A DNA stretch of 64,000 nt from Raillietiella orientalis (taxonomy: Eukaryota): positions 4,712,001 through 4,776,000 of the forward strand of contig JAYWIR010000007.1 in the NCBI GenBank assembly GCA_036172245.1, read 5' to 3'. The notes under the pieces are model-generated. The model made no database searches. It had not been told where the DNA came from and saw only the letters and a list, made by a program, of their open reading frames with translations. Numbering within the stretch: position 1 is the stretch's first letter; every line of letters begins with the position of its first letter. Shown piece after piece: positions 1 to 13,700 of this stretch. The translations under genes were made by a program, and so were the position numbers.

Positions 1-538
1 GTCGCTCCCCGATGACGAAGACCACTCTGGACGAGGTCACTTGCATCCGGGTACCGATCCAGTACCTTCCAGACACGGCGTGGCCCAGTCAGTTCCCACA
101 AGTGTCCCAGTAGGTGGGCTGGGGCTGCCCAGGAACCGAAACGTGCCGCTGGGACCCGACGTTGGTTTCCGAATCTCCTCTTCCCTCTCTCTCTCTCTCC
201 CCCCCCCCCTTTTCTTTTTGGTTTCTTCCCTGGAGGGGGGGGAGGGGTCGTTCCGCTGCGTCTTCGTTGCGCCTTTCTTTTCGTGTACAGCAGCAGCAGC
301 AGCACTGCCGTTTTGTTGTCCGTTTGTTCCCCGCCCCCCCTCTCCCCTCCTGTTGAGGTCTTTTCTACCCGTGTTGGTGCAACACACACTCAGTTCCTCC
401 ATGGCGGTAGCGAAGGCGGCTCATCTTATCGTATGAGGATGTCTTCTTCTCTCTCTGCCTTTTTCCTGCGAACGTGATGGTTCCATAAGTTTGATGAATG
501 AATTCATACGATGCGAATGGCTAATGCATTATTCCATT

Positions 539-570
<32 letters not shown>

Positions 571-868
571 CCACACACAACATGTTATACAATTTCCCGG
601 CTTCGTATAGGAGCTTCTTCCGATCAGACGGCTGCTGCATCACCTGATCTCCAGCCTCCATACAAGTGCGTGGAGTCTTCGGCAAGACGTGCGTGCTGGA
701 AGGTTGGCGTGTACGCACTCGAAGAAAATCCCAATCCCCTCCACATATCTGCTTCATTCTGTAGAGATCGGTCAAATGCTCCTACACGACGGCCTTGAGG
801 GAACTCATTCTCCCAACGGCTGTGATGTGTGTGTGTGTGTTTTTTCGCACCGTTGAATAAGAAATGCA

Positions 869-902
<34 letters not shown>

Positions 903-3152
903 TTTCTGTTGCTTTGGAACATCCGGTGCACGAGGTGCTCAGCCGTATCCCAGTCGGAGCAGCATCCCGTTCCGTCGTCCGAGGGATCGAGTCCTCCCGA
1001 GGAACCTCCCGAGTCCCCCCAGGCGTTTTCTGCCACCTTACGAGGGGAAAGCTGGCGCTTTGGTTAAGCGCCAGAAGTTGCGTGGCGGTGGTGGTGGTGG
1101 TGGGGGGCTTCGGCACCCTCCGCCCTCCTGTCCCTCGTCCCGCACGCATCTCCCCCTTCGTTTCCCACTCGCTGCCACCGAGCGCGCCAGCGGCAGCGGC
1201 GGAAACTGGCGCAATCCGAGCGGCGCCACACGTGCGCCAAGCAGGCCTCCCTCGTTCGGCGCCAGGGCGCGCGACTCGGCTGCCCCTTTTTTCCTTCGTC
1301 GTTTTCTTTTTTTTTTTTTTTATTTTTATTTTTAGCCGGGGGAGCAACAATGCGCCGACGGTGGCTGCGCGCCCCGCGAGGCCCGAAAATAACGCCGGGA
1401 TGGCGCCTAATTATATCTCAATAATGGGGCGAGTCGTGTCGGGACCGCCGGCGCACCGCCGGAACTCGGCTTTCACGTAATGACCACCGCGTTCCTGCGG
1501 GCGCCGCGCGCGACCCGTGGTCACAGTCGCCAGGAGACGCGCGTTCCGCGCTCGCCCCACCCCGGTCGCGGGGTGGGGGTGAAGAAAAAAAAGAGAGCCG
1601 CCGCGCCTTCCCCGCGCTCCGAGCGGGGGGAGGGAGTTCTCCTCCGCCACCCCCCACCCCCCCCCTCTTCTTCTTCTGCGTGCCAAGAAGCGCAGCAGAC
1701 GGTGCCCCGCCCGAGCCCCCTCCACGTGGCCCTTGCGCGTGCATCCGTCCCCAACGCGGTTTGCGCTCTTCGCATTCGGTGTTGTTTTGATGCGCGAGCT
1801 CTCTTCGTCGTGACATTCGGGAAAGGGGGAGCGACGGCGGCGCGCTTTCCCGTCACGCTGGGAAGATGATCTCTTCAACCCATTCGTTCCGATCCGAGAA
1901 TGCTGCCCAAACCGTGCTGATATACGTACACACACACACACACACGCGCGCGCGCGCCTGGAATCTTTGCTCGCCAGAGGCTCTTTTGCATTTAGAAGCC
2001 CCCTGTTGGCTTCTTCTTGCACTCCCGTCGCCGAAGTCGGAATCAAAAGATTCCCCAAATTGCATCATCGCGGATGCCATTTCTTTAGAAGTCCTCAAAA
2101 CTTCGTTTCGAACATCAATGCCACTCTCAGACAGGAATGGGAAACTTAATAAACCCAAACATCCTCCTCTCTGTTCTGCCCATTCCGATCAGGAAGGCCT
2201 TTTCTCTGTCTTCCTCAGCGTTCGAACCGATCTTATCTTCCGCCGCCGAAAGTACCGTTTAAAAATAGCCGCTCGTTTTATTTCGAATTAAAAAGAAGGC
2301 ATTGCCCGTGATAAATCCGAGGGAGGTTTTCCACAAGTCATTTCGTCGATCGCGCGCCATCCCTGTCGTCACGCGAACCACGGGCGGCGGCGGCGACGAC
2401 GACGGCGCTGCCGAGGTGCGGAGGAGCGCTTCGGACGTTGCGCAGCAGCAGCAGCAGCAGCAGCTCCCCACCGTCCAGCCTCCCTCCACGAGATGGGGCG
2501 GGCGGGGGGGAGAGTTTGGCGCTGCTGGCGTGCGGAAACGCGCGCGCCTCTCCTTTCCCCAAGAATTTTCCCGGTCCCGCCTGCGCGTCCTCCTTCCTCC
2601 CACGGCGCAGGTTACATCAGCCGGGATGATGCAAAGGCGCACACTTTCGAACGCGGCCCCAGCCACGGGAGAACTTACAATCATTTACACGGGAACGTAC
2701 GCGAATAAGTACCTGACGTAAAGGTCTTTCCCCTTTGCAAAGTTGACGTAAGCGAGGGGACCCGGGAGAGCTGCGTTTATTCATTTTCCACATGTCGCTT
2801 TCCTTAGTCGTGGAGCGGCGGCCCCGGGAACTCCGCTCCTTCCGCGTCTTTCGCTCCGCTTGCCAGCGGAGGGAGTGCCACGGCGCCGCGCAGGGGCTCC
2901 CTGCGGATCGTGAATGGCGCAGATGGCTCGTCCGTGTTATCTCGGCGCGAAGGTTCCTCGGATGGCCCGCGAAAATACGAACAGGGGAGGCTCCATTTGT
3001 GGGTTCGTAGGAGGGAGAGGAGGGGGAGGAGAGAGGAGAGGGAGGGAAGAAGGAGCAACAGCGCGGTGCCAGATAGACGATGCAGGAACGGCGTGGGGTC
3101 TCTCCCCGCCACCGAAGCGCGGAAGGTGCAGCGGCGCGATGGCGCGACGCTG

Positions 3153-3202
3153 TTTTTTCTTTTTCTTTTTCTTTTTCTTTTTCTTTTTCTTTTTCTTTTT
3201 CT
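3153..3202. repeat. (TTTTTC)n microsatellite
   Basis: Direct hexamer repeat visible in sequence. Confidence 0.9.
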
Positions 3203-3510
3203 CCGCGCGTTCGCGATCCACGCGCACGCGCGCACCACGCCTCGGTTGCGGTGGGGTGGCGGCTGCCTGGAGATTCCCCTCCCCCCCCCCCCACCCGCCT
3301 CCCCAGCAAGGGGTGTGGGAAACATGGCGGCGATTTCGCGGCGCTGCGCCAGTTGCGCGTGTGGCTCCTGCGCGGAAGGCTCATCATGGCTCCGCCGCTT
3401 TCTGCACGTCGCCACTCCTCCCCCCCTCCCCTCCCCGAATAAAAGCGAGTGCACGCTGCGCCTGACGAGAAGCGAACGCTCGCACCACCTTTCATTATTT
3501 TTATTTTCAT

Positions 3511-3918
3511 TTATTATTATTATTATTATTATTATTTTGTGGAGTTGGCTGGCGTGGATTTCCTCCGCAGCGACTCGGCCTCGTGCGCGCGCGCCGCATC
3601 CGAACCACACGCAGACAAGCAGTGCGGGGGGGGGAGGAGGAGGAGGAGGGGAGGGGGGGGGGAAGAAAAGAAGAAGAAAAAAAAAAAGAAAAAAAAAAAA
3701 GGAAGGGAAAAAATGAAATGAAATAAAATAAAACGGGGGAAAGAGGGGGAGAGAGAGGGGAGGGGGGGGGGGCGCATACGCGCGCCTCCGTACCATTTTT
3801 ACCACCACCGCCGCCGCCGCCGCCGCCTTCGCCGCCGCCTGCTCTCCCCTGCCCATGTGGCACACACAACTGGGGGAGGAGGAGGAGGAGGAGGAGGAGG
3901 AGGAGGAGGGGGGGGGGA
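3511..3918. repeat. Cluster of simple repeats: (ATT)n, (GGA)n, (GCC)n, poly-A and poly-G
   Basis: (ATT)n ~3511-3536, GGA/G/A runs 3625-3772, (GCC)n ~3809-3840, (GGA)n ~3877-3908. Confidence 0.9.
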
Positions 3919-4519
3919 AATAAAAAGCCCAACGAAATATAATCGATAAAAGTAAAAGCAGCCTGGGAGGAGGAACTACTACGCCTATCTGGGAGACTGC
4001 AAGTATGAATAAACCATTCCTCCGCGGGATCGCGAAACGACATATGTTCTTGAACTTCGCTTGCCCTTGGAATCCCTTTATCTAAGTAAAAGTACTCTAA
4101 GATAAGTACTGTTCCGAGAATCAATACGGAAGCCTTGAGAAAGGTTATTTACACCAGCCAGTACTTGAGCATGCGCTACCTTTCAAGGTTGAAAACCGAG
4201 CTGGCGGGATTTTGGATATATTAGAGCGTACCAGAATTCCGAGTGCAAAAAATGAGTTAGTTTGAATTTGAGATGCTGTAGTGAATCTTTCTTCACAGGA
4301 AAAATCCGTTTCCGAGTTTCGTGTTTCGCAAATTAGCGATCGTTCAGTGTGCTTCTCGTGGACTGCAGGGATGGCGTTTCGCTGCGGACGTGGGCAACAG
4401 GAAAAAACGTACACACACGGAAAAAAAAAAAAAAAAAAAAGGAACCGGGAGAGACGGAAGGAAAAAAAGAGAGCCGAAAAAAAAAAAAAAGAAAAAAAGA
4501 AAAAAATCGTATGTGCACA

Positions 4520-4636
4520 TACGTGCACGCACGCACCCGCGCGCGCGCACACACACACACACACACACGCTCACACACACGCTCACACATCACACTCACA
4601 CACACACACACACACATACACACACACACACACACA

Positions 4637-4672
<36 letters not shown>

Positions 4673-4762
4673 TGTGATGTGTGTGTGCGTGTGTGATGTG
4701 TGAGTGAGTGTGGGTGAGTGTGAGTGTGTGTGCGCGCGCGCGCGTGTGTGTGTATGTATGTA

Positions 4763-4808
<46 letters not shown>

Positions 4809-4941
4809 TGTATATATATATGTGTATGTATATGTAATGGATATGTCTGTGTGTGTGTGTGTGTGCGACGGGCTCGCGCGCGCGCGCGCGCGCGCGCGTG
4901 TGTGAGCGCGTGTGTGTGTATGTGTGTGTGTGTGTGTGCGC
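4520..4941. repeat. Compound (CA)n/(TG)n/(CG)n alternating purine-pyrimidine array with inverted symmetry
   Basis: (CA)n block ~4548-4639 directly followed by (TG)n blocks to ~4940, with (CG)n runs at ~4539, 4732 and 4875. Confidence 0.95.
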
Positions 4942-6739
4942 GATGATGGTTCCACTGCGAAAGCGCCACATATGCCTCTTTTGGTATTTTCAGTATAAAT
5001 TTCTACAAAAGATTTTAAATGTGTGACTTTTTTCCCCGCAAGCGATCCCGGTGTGTGATTACCAGTGATACAGTCCCTCCAAGACATTGCATCTGTAAAT
5101 GGTTTTTCTAAAAGAGTGCCTTACGTGGTGATCCGTTGCAACTTTCTGAGATGGTGTTCAAGGAGAGCATAGCCTGCTTCGGTCCTCTGGGTTTGGACGC
5201 AAGATTACGCCTTTGCTCTTTGTCTGGGTATAATGGGGCATTAAACTACAGCGTTGTTCCTTCCATGTGTGGATCGTGGGTAAGAACGCAATTCAAGGTT
5301 ATCGATCTGACTGACATTGACAAACATTTCCCAAATTTGCGCTCCAGTTTTTTCCTCCTCCTCCCCCCCCCCTTTTTTTTTTCCCTTTTGCTGCTGTTCT
5401 CCCCCCCCCCTCTCTCTCTCTCTTCCCAGCGCGCCCCCCCCCCCTCACCCTAGCCCCTCCCCCCTCCTCCTCTCTGGTTGCAAAATTCCTCAGGCCGCCG
5501 CCGCCGCCGCCGCCGCCGCTGCCGTGTACGTTTTCTCCTTCTTGGGTTTCGTGCTTTCCCCTCCCTCCACCCACCCGACCACCCCACGTTCTGCATTTTA
5601 CTCGTTGCTTTCCCTGTCTCCCCGTTGATGACGATGACGGTAATTGAAAAATGATTCGGGCGGTCGCGTCCCCGCAGCCCGTTCGGTGCGACACGCTCGA
5701 CGGCGTCTGCTGCGTCCGTACGCAGAAGGACGGCGTGGCGTGCGGCGTGGCGCCCCAGCATGCAAAAATAAATAAGATAAATAAATGGAAACGGGACGTG
5801 CGCAGCCCCGGTGGTGCCGTGGAAAACGCGGTTCCCCGGGATTCCCCCCGTGCGTGCGTGCGTGCGTACCAAACCCTCCGTCCGTCCGTCCGCGGAGGCT
5901 GGAAGCGCCTTCGCGGCGCCGTACGAAATCCCCCCCGCTGCGACTTTCGGAGCGACCCGGGTCCCGTGGACGACCCCGGGCAAAAAGACCGCAGCCGCTC
6001 GCCGGCGTGCATTTTCCACTCCTCGCTTCAACGCGGTGGATCCTTCCTCTTCCTTTTTTGCGGGTCCGTGTGTGTGTGTGTGTGTGTGTGTGTGCTGATT
6101 TGCCCCCTCTCCCGCAGGGACTCGGTGGCACGCCGGCGGGGGTGTCACGAGGAGGGCGCCTGCCGGCCGCACGGAACCGCCGCAGTGCTGCTCCCTTTCT
6201 TTTCCTTTTTTATGATGTTTCCAACTGTGTTTGCCCTCCCGAGGAAAGTAAAAGACACCCAAAGGCTTCCGTTTTGCCACACGCTCTCCTTCCCTGAGAT
6301 TCCTTTGAGCTGTACGCCGTGGTTCCCGACGATGCGCTTGCTTGATGCTCTTCTGCACGGCTGTCCCCAGGTTAGCGCCTCCGAACCCTTCGGGCACCTT
6401 CTTCTCCCCCGGTGTACTCGGGGAGTCCGTCGCAGTGTGCTGCTCTTCCGAGCTTGGATTCCAGAACGGCGTGTCGGGAAAGGCCCTTCGTGCCGGACCG
6501 CCGGAAATTCTTCCACGCTTCCTCTTCTGCTCTTTTTTCTTTCTTTCTTTCTTTCTTCTTCTTCTTCCTTTCCGCTTCTCCTCCTCCCTTTTTTGGGGAG
6601 ACTGCGACCTTTCCCTTTGCTCCGTCTGCTTCTCGGGATGCTCCATTCCGAATGCAGCTGCACGATCCGAGATCAGAATTCGTCGAATTCGCACATCTTT
6701 CGCGTTATCCCACTTTTTTCCTTCCAGCTCGACTGTGAC

Positions 6740-7704
6740 ATGGAAGATTCCGACTGGGACATCCGTTTTCTGAAAGAGGAAGACTACGAGAAGCTCGCCG
6801 TTTATCACGTCAAAGATGCGTTCTGCGGTGAGATTCACCCCAACAAGGCCGAAGCCTCGCTGCCCAGAAATTTGGTGCTGCGGCCCTCGCAGACGCTGAG
6901 CGATGTAAGAATCCCATTATCCTCCATCCAAGTGTTTCTATAAATCCATTTACCTCATCCGTTCGCTGAATGAATTTCAGGGATTCGTCTTGCGCCTCCG
7001 ATCAAGGGATGGAAATGATGATTTTATGATGCTTCCAGGTAATGGGAGTATGGAGCACAGACTACATTCCTAAAGGAACGCGATTCGGACCACTGGTCGG
7101 TCGCGTGTACAAAAAGAACGAGACGCCGAAAACGCTGAGCCGGAAATATTTCTGGAGAGTAAGTCGCGCTTCCCCATTTGGTTTGTGGCAGCACGGATGA
7201 ACGGCGTACTCGCCCGGGGGCGCGGTCGCGCGACCCGCTCGCGCGCTCCTTCCGCCGGTCGACGGTGCACGTTGGTGGCCGCGCTCCGTCCACGCCGAAA
7301 CCGAACAGTGGTGGTGGGGGCCCTGGCCCGCCTCCCGCCCATGCCAAAGGGAAACGACAGCGACGACCCAATCCAACGTGACCATCTGCGTGACCGGACC
7401 TCGCGAGTCGGATGGTGTTGCCAGGGCGCACGGGGGGGGAAGGGGGGTCGGAGCCGGCGGCTCCCCCGCGCGTGGGGGGCAGCCCGGCTGGAAACCGCGC
7501 AGGCAGCGGGGGAAGAGCCACCGCCACCTCGGCTGCTGGTCTGATCTGACAGACCCCTCTCTCGGAAACACGAAAAAGACGATTCCCCCTCCCCCCGTGC
7601 GGGATGCGAAGGAAACGCCGTGGCCTCACTGCGTGCCAGGCGGAGGGGGGAGAAAAAACACATCCCCGAGACTTTCCTCCTCCTCCAGATGACAGCAGCC
7701 CTCC

Positions 7705-7748
<44 letters not shown>

Positions 7749-10700
7749 GTGGAGACGTCGTGGAACCCGCCCGCCAGTCACCTACAGAACACCACCACCT
7801 ATGTGAACGTAACTTCTGTGTGTGTTTTCGTTGGGACGCAGCTATCCCACGACGCGGGCTGGAGCTCCGTGGGATGCTGCTGCATGCAAGACGCCGCAAA
7901 TGCGCTTTCCATATTACGTGGAAGCTTCTTCTTCCTTTGCGTCATCGAACAGAGTACACCTTTTTTCTTCCTCTTTTTTTTTTCTCCTTCTGCCACCTCG
8001 GCAACCGTCCGCTTCACCCCCGGCTGTCTTTTTCGCTCCCCTTCTTCGCCCGCAGGAACGCGCATGCTGCGGCACGATGGTAACGCCGTGCGCTCTGCCT
8101 CTTCCTGGTGATGCCGAAGACGTGCTTCCTCTCCCCTCTCCTTCTTTTTTTCGTTTCCTCCTGGAAAGCGCGCGAATGGCAAACCCTGGAATGCTCCTGA
8201 CTCTCGTGCCCTTCCAGATATACAAAGACCACGATCTGTACTACTATGTGGATGGTTATGATGTATCGCAGTCGAATTGGATGCGATTTGTTAATCCCGC
8301 CTACTCTTCCGGCGCGCAGAACCTGATCGCCTGCCAGTACCAGGTGAGTTTCGGGGCGCCCAGCGCCATCTCCGAGCCGCCCCGAGCACTACTTTTTTTT
8401 CCGCCCCTGCAGCTGAACATCTACTTCTACACGATCAAGCCCATCCTGCCCAACCAGGAGCTGCTGGTGTGGTACTGCAAGGAGTTCGCCGACAGGCTCA
8501 ACTACCCCAAAACGGGGGAGCTCATGCTGCAGAAAATAAGTCAGTCGCATACGCTTGCCGGAGGAATGTTGATACGATTGATATGTTTGAACCCAAGGGC
8601 TTCAGGTGAACCAATCTCAGGTGGATGAGGAGATGACGGAGGAGGAAAAGGACATACAAGTCATCTCATCTCATTCCTCATCCCATCTTACCGTCCAGAA
8701 TTCTTCGGTGTCCTCCAGTTTCCATGCCTTAGACTGCACCATCAAAGTGAGTGCAATTACCGAGTCGCACAAAAAGACTTATTATGAACACGGCGGCGTT
8801 ACGTCATCGTGCGAGGATAAGTTTTCGCGCAGCGCGTGTGGAAAAGGAGGAGAGAAAGAAAGGAGGAGAAGAAGGGAAAAAAAAAAAAAAAAGGCGCGAC
8901 AGATGTGTAGTGTTTCAGATTCATTCAGATTCCTGTTTATGAGTTACAGCTGATTAAGAAATTCAGTTTTCCTCTCCGTCTGCATCCAGTCGATATGCTC
9001 TCTTCGTAGCCTCCTCTCGGGGAGATCCTTCTTTCGAATGAATGCAAAGATGATACACTGAATCATCATCCGTACACACGTAGCGTCGTCGCTCTGTAAG
9101 AGGAAGAGTTTCCATTTTTTTTCTTCTTCTTCTTCTTCTGCTGTTCTCAGTCGCAAGGAAATGGCTGCGGGTGGGTGTGGGGAGTGGGGGGGGGGGGAGA
9201 GGAAAAAAAAAAAAAAAAAAAAAGGAAGTGGGGAGGAAGCTGGGCCGTTGCAGCAGCTTGTTCGGTCTCCTGCCACGTCACCGCCGGGTCGGTAACGGAT
9301 GATTTCTGTTTTTAAGGACGACTACGAGCACCATGGCAATGGAACTCCAACGGATTTCTCCATCCGCTCGGACGAAGGATATCACAGTAACGGGTATCAC
9401 GAAGACGGGTTAACTCCACCTGAGGAAAGTTCGGACTCCGAAAGCGAAAAGAACTACGTTCTGGATTTTAGGTACCACTCACGATTTTTCAAGCGCGGGC
9501 CGCCCGCCACTTTGTTCGCAACCGCCGCCGCGAAACGTCGTCGCCGTAGGGGGAAGGAGTGGGGAATGGGGGGCGTCGGGGGATCCGCTGCCCCTACGCC
9601 AGGCCTTCCTCCTGCCCAGCCGCCACCGGGCATGCCTTGCCTTGCGGCAGCAGCTCTTGTGCTTCGCTCGTCTTGCAAGCGTCGCAGCCAGGCGTCCATC
9701 CATCCATCCATCCATCCATCCATCTCCCCCCCCCCCCCCCCCGGCCGAGACCCTCCCTCTCGACCGAGGAATCTCTCTGTCGCTTCCTCTTCGGGACGCG
9801 CGTCGCGCGAAGCTGAAGAAAGGATCCGACGCGGCACCTCTCGCGCCAGACGCGCGTTTTCCTTTCCTTCCGCTCGGCGCTGGATGTCCGGGGGGTCGCC
9901 TGGTGCCCTTCCGAAAAGCGCACCGAGGCGGCTTTGACGGACGCGCGTTCTTCCTCCCCTCTCCCTTCCCTCCTGCCTGCAGCTGCCTCTCCTCGTGGGG
10001 GCGAAACCGCCCACTTTCTGGTGCGCGCGCCTCTCCGTAGGTCGCGGCGGCCGGTCTCCAGTTCGTGGAGCCGGGACGGGAGCGCACCCGCCGGCGCTCC
10101 TTCGCCCGAGACCCGTCGCCCAGGTGCGCGGGCGTCGGATCCAGGAGGAGCGCAAGCCGAACACCTCGGCCAAGAAGTCGCGGGCGCCGGCCGTGAAGAG
10201 CGTGAAATTTCGCAAGGCGATTGCCTCGCGGGTCTGCACGCGTCGTCGTCCCGGCAACTCGCTTGGATTTTTCGGTTGTTGTTTTTTGGTGCGCGCGCGT
10301 GCGCGAGCGAGCTGGCGGGGGGGGGGGGGGGAGGAGGAGGTTGCAGCTGACTGCTGCTGCTGCTGGTCCCCCCGCACACGCTGCGTGCACTCAACACGCC
10401 CGCTGTTTCGGAGGGGGGGGGGGGCAGAGCGAGGCAAACGGCGATCGCTTCCCTTGGCGACTGACCGAACGCCGAAGCACCACCGCTGCTTTCTCTCTTC
10501 CTTCCCGACCCTCGCCCGCTCGTTGCCCTGGCGGCGGGGATGCCTGGCTGCCTTCCTCGCGGACGCGCCCGTCCACACGTCATCGCCGCCGCCGCCGCCG
10601 CCGCCTCCTTTCGCGGAATCGGAGCGACGCGTGCGCCGTCTCTCCCGTCCGTCCTTCCGCTCCCGGGCGAATCCCCTCCGCATTCCTGCGAAGCCGACGT

Positions 10701-13700
10701 GTCTCGTCCGTCGCGCATTGACGCGGCGGTACATTTTTTCCTCCTCCTCTTCCCTCCCTCTCTCCCTCTCTTCGCCCTCCTCCTCTTCCCTGCTCCTCCT
10801 GCAACGTTTCCGGGTGAGTCCCGCGCACCTGCCTCCCGCCGCCGCAGCCTTCGCACCGACGCGTAGGCATCTCCTTCCGTTCACTCTCGGTCGTCCTTGA
10901 ATCCTTCCCGCCATCTTGCCCTCGTCGACGGGAAGAGGGGCGAGAAGGGGGCGAACCTCAGCGTTGAGTATTGCCGTCTCCTAGTGACGCTGCTCGCACG
11001 GCAGCCATCCGCCGACACGGAGAAAACGGCGCACGAGACCGTCGACAAAAGAGGGGGTGGGTGGGCGGGGGGGGATTTGCTCTTCGTCTCGCACGCTCCA
11101 CGAGCAAACCTCTCCCGCCCCACCCTGTTCCCGGAACTCCGGAAGGGGGAGGATAACTTGGGCGCCCGCGTTTTCGTCACCGCCAGGAACGGTCAGTGAA
11201 GCTCCACGGCCGGTCTCCGGGAAGCGTCCACGGGCTCGGATGCCCGGCGGAAGAGGAGGAGGGACGGATGGGTGGATTTCTCGTGGGAACTTTCCAAAGT
11301 TGAAAAGGGGGAGGAGGGGGTCGTCGTCGTCGTCTCCTGCCAAACGCGGGACGCCTCTCCCCTCCCCGCTCATCCCGGGAAGAATTTCGGGTGCGGTTCG
11401 CCTGGTTACGAGTAGCCGAGATTGCTCGAGGGCGCGCGCTTGCCAGGCCTCGAGTCCGCTAGGGGTGGGGCAACCGGAGGAGGGGGGGCGCCTCGCCCCG
11501 TGGTTGCTCATCTCCATTCGCCACGCCCCGTGTGTTCCAGCAAGAAGAACACCCGCTGCCTTCCAGAAGAAAAACCCACGCCCAACGAGTTCCGGAAGGT
11601 GAAAATAAAGATGGCGCGCGCCTACAATTACCGCGCCGACAAGAAGGACGCCGCCGCAACCACTGCCACCGCCGCCACCACCGTCGAGGTTTCCCGCGGA
11701 GAGCAGCCGACGTCCACCCAGAAGTGCTGCAGCCTGGCCTCCCGCGATCCGATGGCTGCGGGATCGGAAGCCCCCCAGGCCGTCGCGTCAGATTGCAAGA
11801 TGGGCGGCGGCGCCGTTCCCGCCCCCGGCATGATGGCTCTGAGCGAGCCCACGAAGAGCAGCAGTGGCGGCGGAAGCAGCAGCAGCATCCTCGAGAACAT
11901 CCTGCTGCAGCGCCTGCACTCGGACTACTGCGCCGCCGCCGCGGTCGCCCAGGAGGGCGAGGTGAAGCCGGACCTGTCGAGCACCTACGAGGCAGCGGCC
12001 TGCCCACCGGACCGGACAGGAGTGAGGGTCATCGTGGCCAACGACGGCGGCGGCGTAGGAGGAGGAGGAGGGGGCGGTGTCCCGTTCCCGGACGCCCCGG
12101 CGGCTGCGGCGCACCTGGAGGCGCTCAAGACGAGCCCTTCCTCGTCGCCCTACCGGCGGCACGAGCTGGAGGGCTTCCCCCTGGGGCCCGACTCCAGCAG
12201 CTCTGCCCCTGCGTTCTGCCCCATGCCTCCCGCGGGAAGCGGCGGCTCCGGCAGCCCGCGGAGGGCCCTACCTCACCGCACGTTAGGGGCGACCCTCCCC
12301 CTCGTCATCGGAGCGGCGGCAGGGGGCGGAGGAGGAGGGGGAGTCACCCACGGCTCGTGCTTCCCCACGCAGTACGGAATCTCCGTGAGCGCCTACGACC
12401 TGTCGAAAGGACCTCCCACTCCGCTAGGCAGGTTTGCCAACCTCGTGGGCGACGAGCTGCCCCCCTGCCCGGCGGACGCCTCCCCCTTCCTGAAGTACGC
12501 TTCCTCCCGCGAGACCGTCGCAAGTTCCCTGACGAACCTGCGGATCTCCTCTCCGGTGACCATGCACCCGGGCGCCACCGCCTCCGCCTCCCGAGTGGTG
12601 TCCCCCACGTGCCAGAGCCCCCCCGCCGGGCAGACCGCCGCCGCCATCGCCGCCCCGGGGACCAACGGCCTGTACCCGTGCTCCCGCGGGTACCGTTCGC
12701 TGCCATACCCCCTCCGGAAGAAGGACGGGAAGATGCACTACGAGTGCAACGTCTGCAGGAAGACCTTCGGGCAGCTGAGCAACTTGAAGGTGCACCTGAG
12801 GACGCACAGCGGCGAGCGCCCCTTCCAGTGCAATGCCTGCACCAAATCCTTCACACAGCTGGCGCACCTCCAGAAGCACCATCTAGTCCACACCGGTAAG
12901 CGGACCTGGCCTCCCCCCCGCCCCCTTCTTTTCCCGCTCCGCTTCGAGAGGCCCTCCTCCTCCCTTTCACCGTAGGTGAAAAGCCACACCAGTGCGAAGT
13001 GTGCAAGAAGAGGTTCAGCTCGACTTCCAACCTGAAGACGCACCTTCGCCTCCACAGCGGCCAGAAACCGTACTCTTGTGATCTGTGCCCCGCCAAGTTC
13101 ACCCAGTTTGTGCATCTGAAGCTGCACAAGCGGCTGCACACCAACGAACGCCCGTACACCTGCCAGCTGTGCCAGAAAAAGTACATCAGCGCCAGCGGCC
13201 TTCGGTGAGTGTCGGCGAGCCGCCCACGCTCCCCAGCGCTGCCAGCTCTTCTTTTTCCCCCAAGTGCTCTCCCTTGCATGCGCGCCCCGCGCTCCGGGGC
13301 GCGTGGTATCCCCCAGCGCACCTCTTCCCCCCCCTCTCTCCGGGAGAGAAGCTGCCTCTCCCCGCAGAAACGTGCGCACGCTCACGTTTCGGCCTGCGCG
13401 CGCGCGCGCGCGTGTTTCGGGTGGGGATGGGGGGGGGGGGGGATATGTGCGCACGCACGCACGCTGGACGTCCCGTGCACCAGACGACGGTAACGCCAGA
13501 GTCTTGTCGTGCGTCCCCAGCACCCACTGGAAGACGACGAGCTGCAAGCCGTGCTCCGTCGAGGACGAACTTGTCATGAGAAGGTCTCCGGGCAACTCCA
13601 GCGGATACGAGTACGCCGCCTCGGATGCCTCAGCAGGTTTGCCTAGCGCCCGTCGGGGAGGAGAACTGATCCCCACTGAGACTTCTCCGTTTTCTTTTTT

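Noticed and set aside
1..800. Coding-looking minus-strand frames at the window start (e.g. HLLGHLWELTGPRRVWKVLDRY)
   Set aside because: No recognisable family motif and no consistent splice chain; cannot assign
805..6700. Many long ORFs (up to 462 aa) upstream of Blimp-1
   Set aside because: Made of homopolymer/microsatellite translations (poly-F/K/G/P, HT, CV) in stop-poor GC-rich DNA, open on both strands
9454..11520. 486/420/303-aa ORFs in the Blimp-1 intron
   Set aside because: Low complexity, overlapping in several frames, no domain signature
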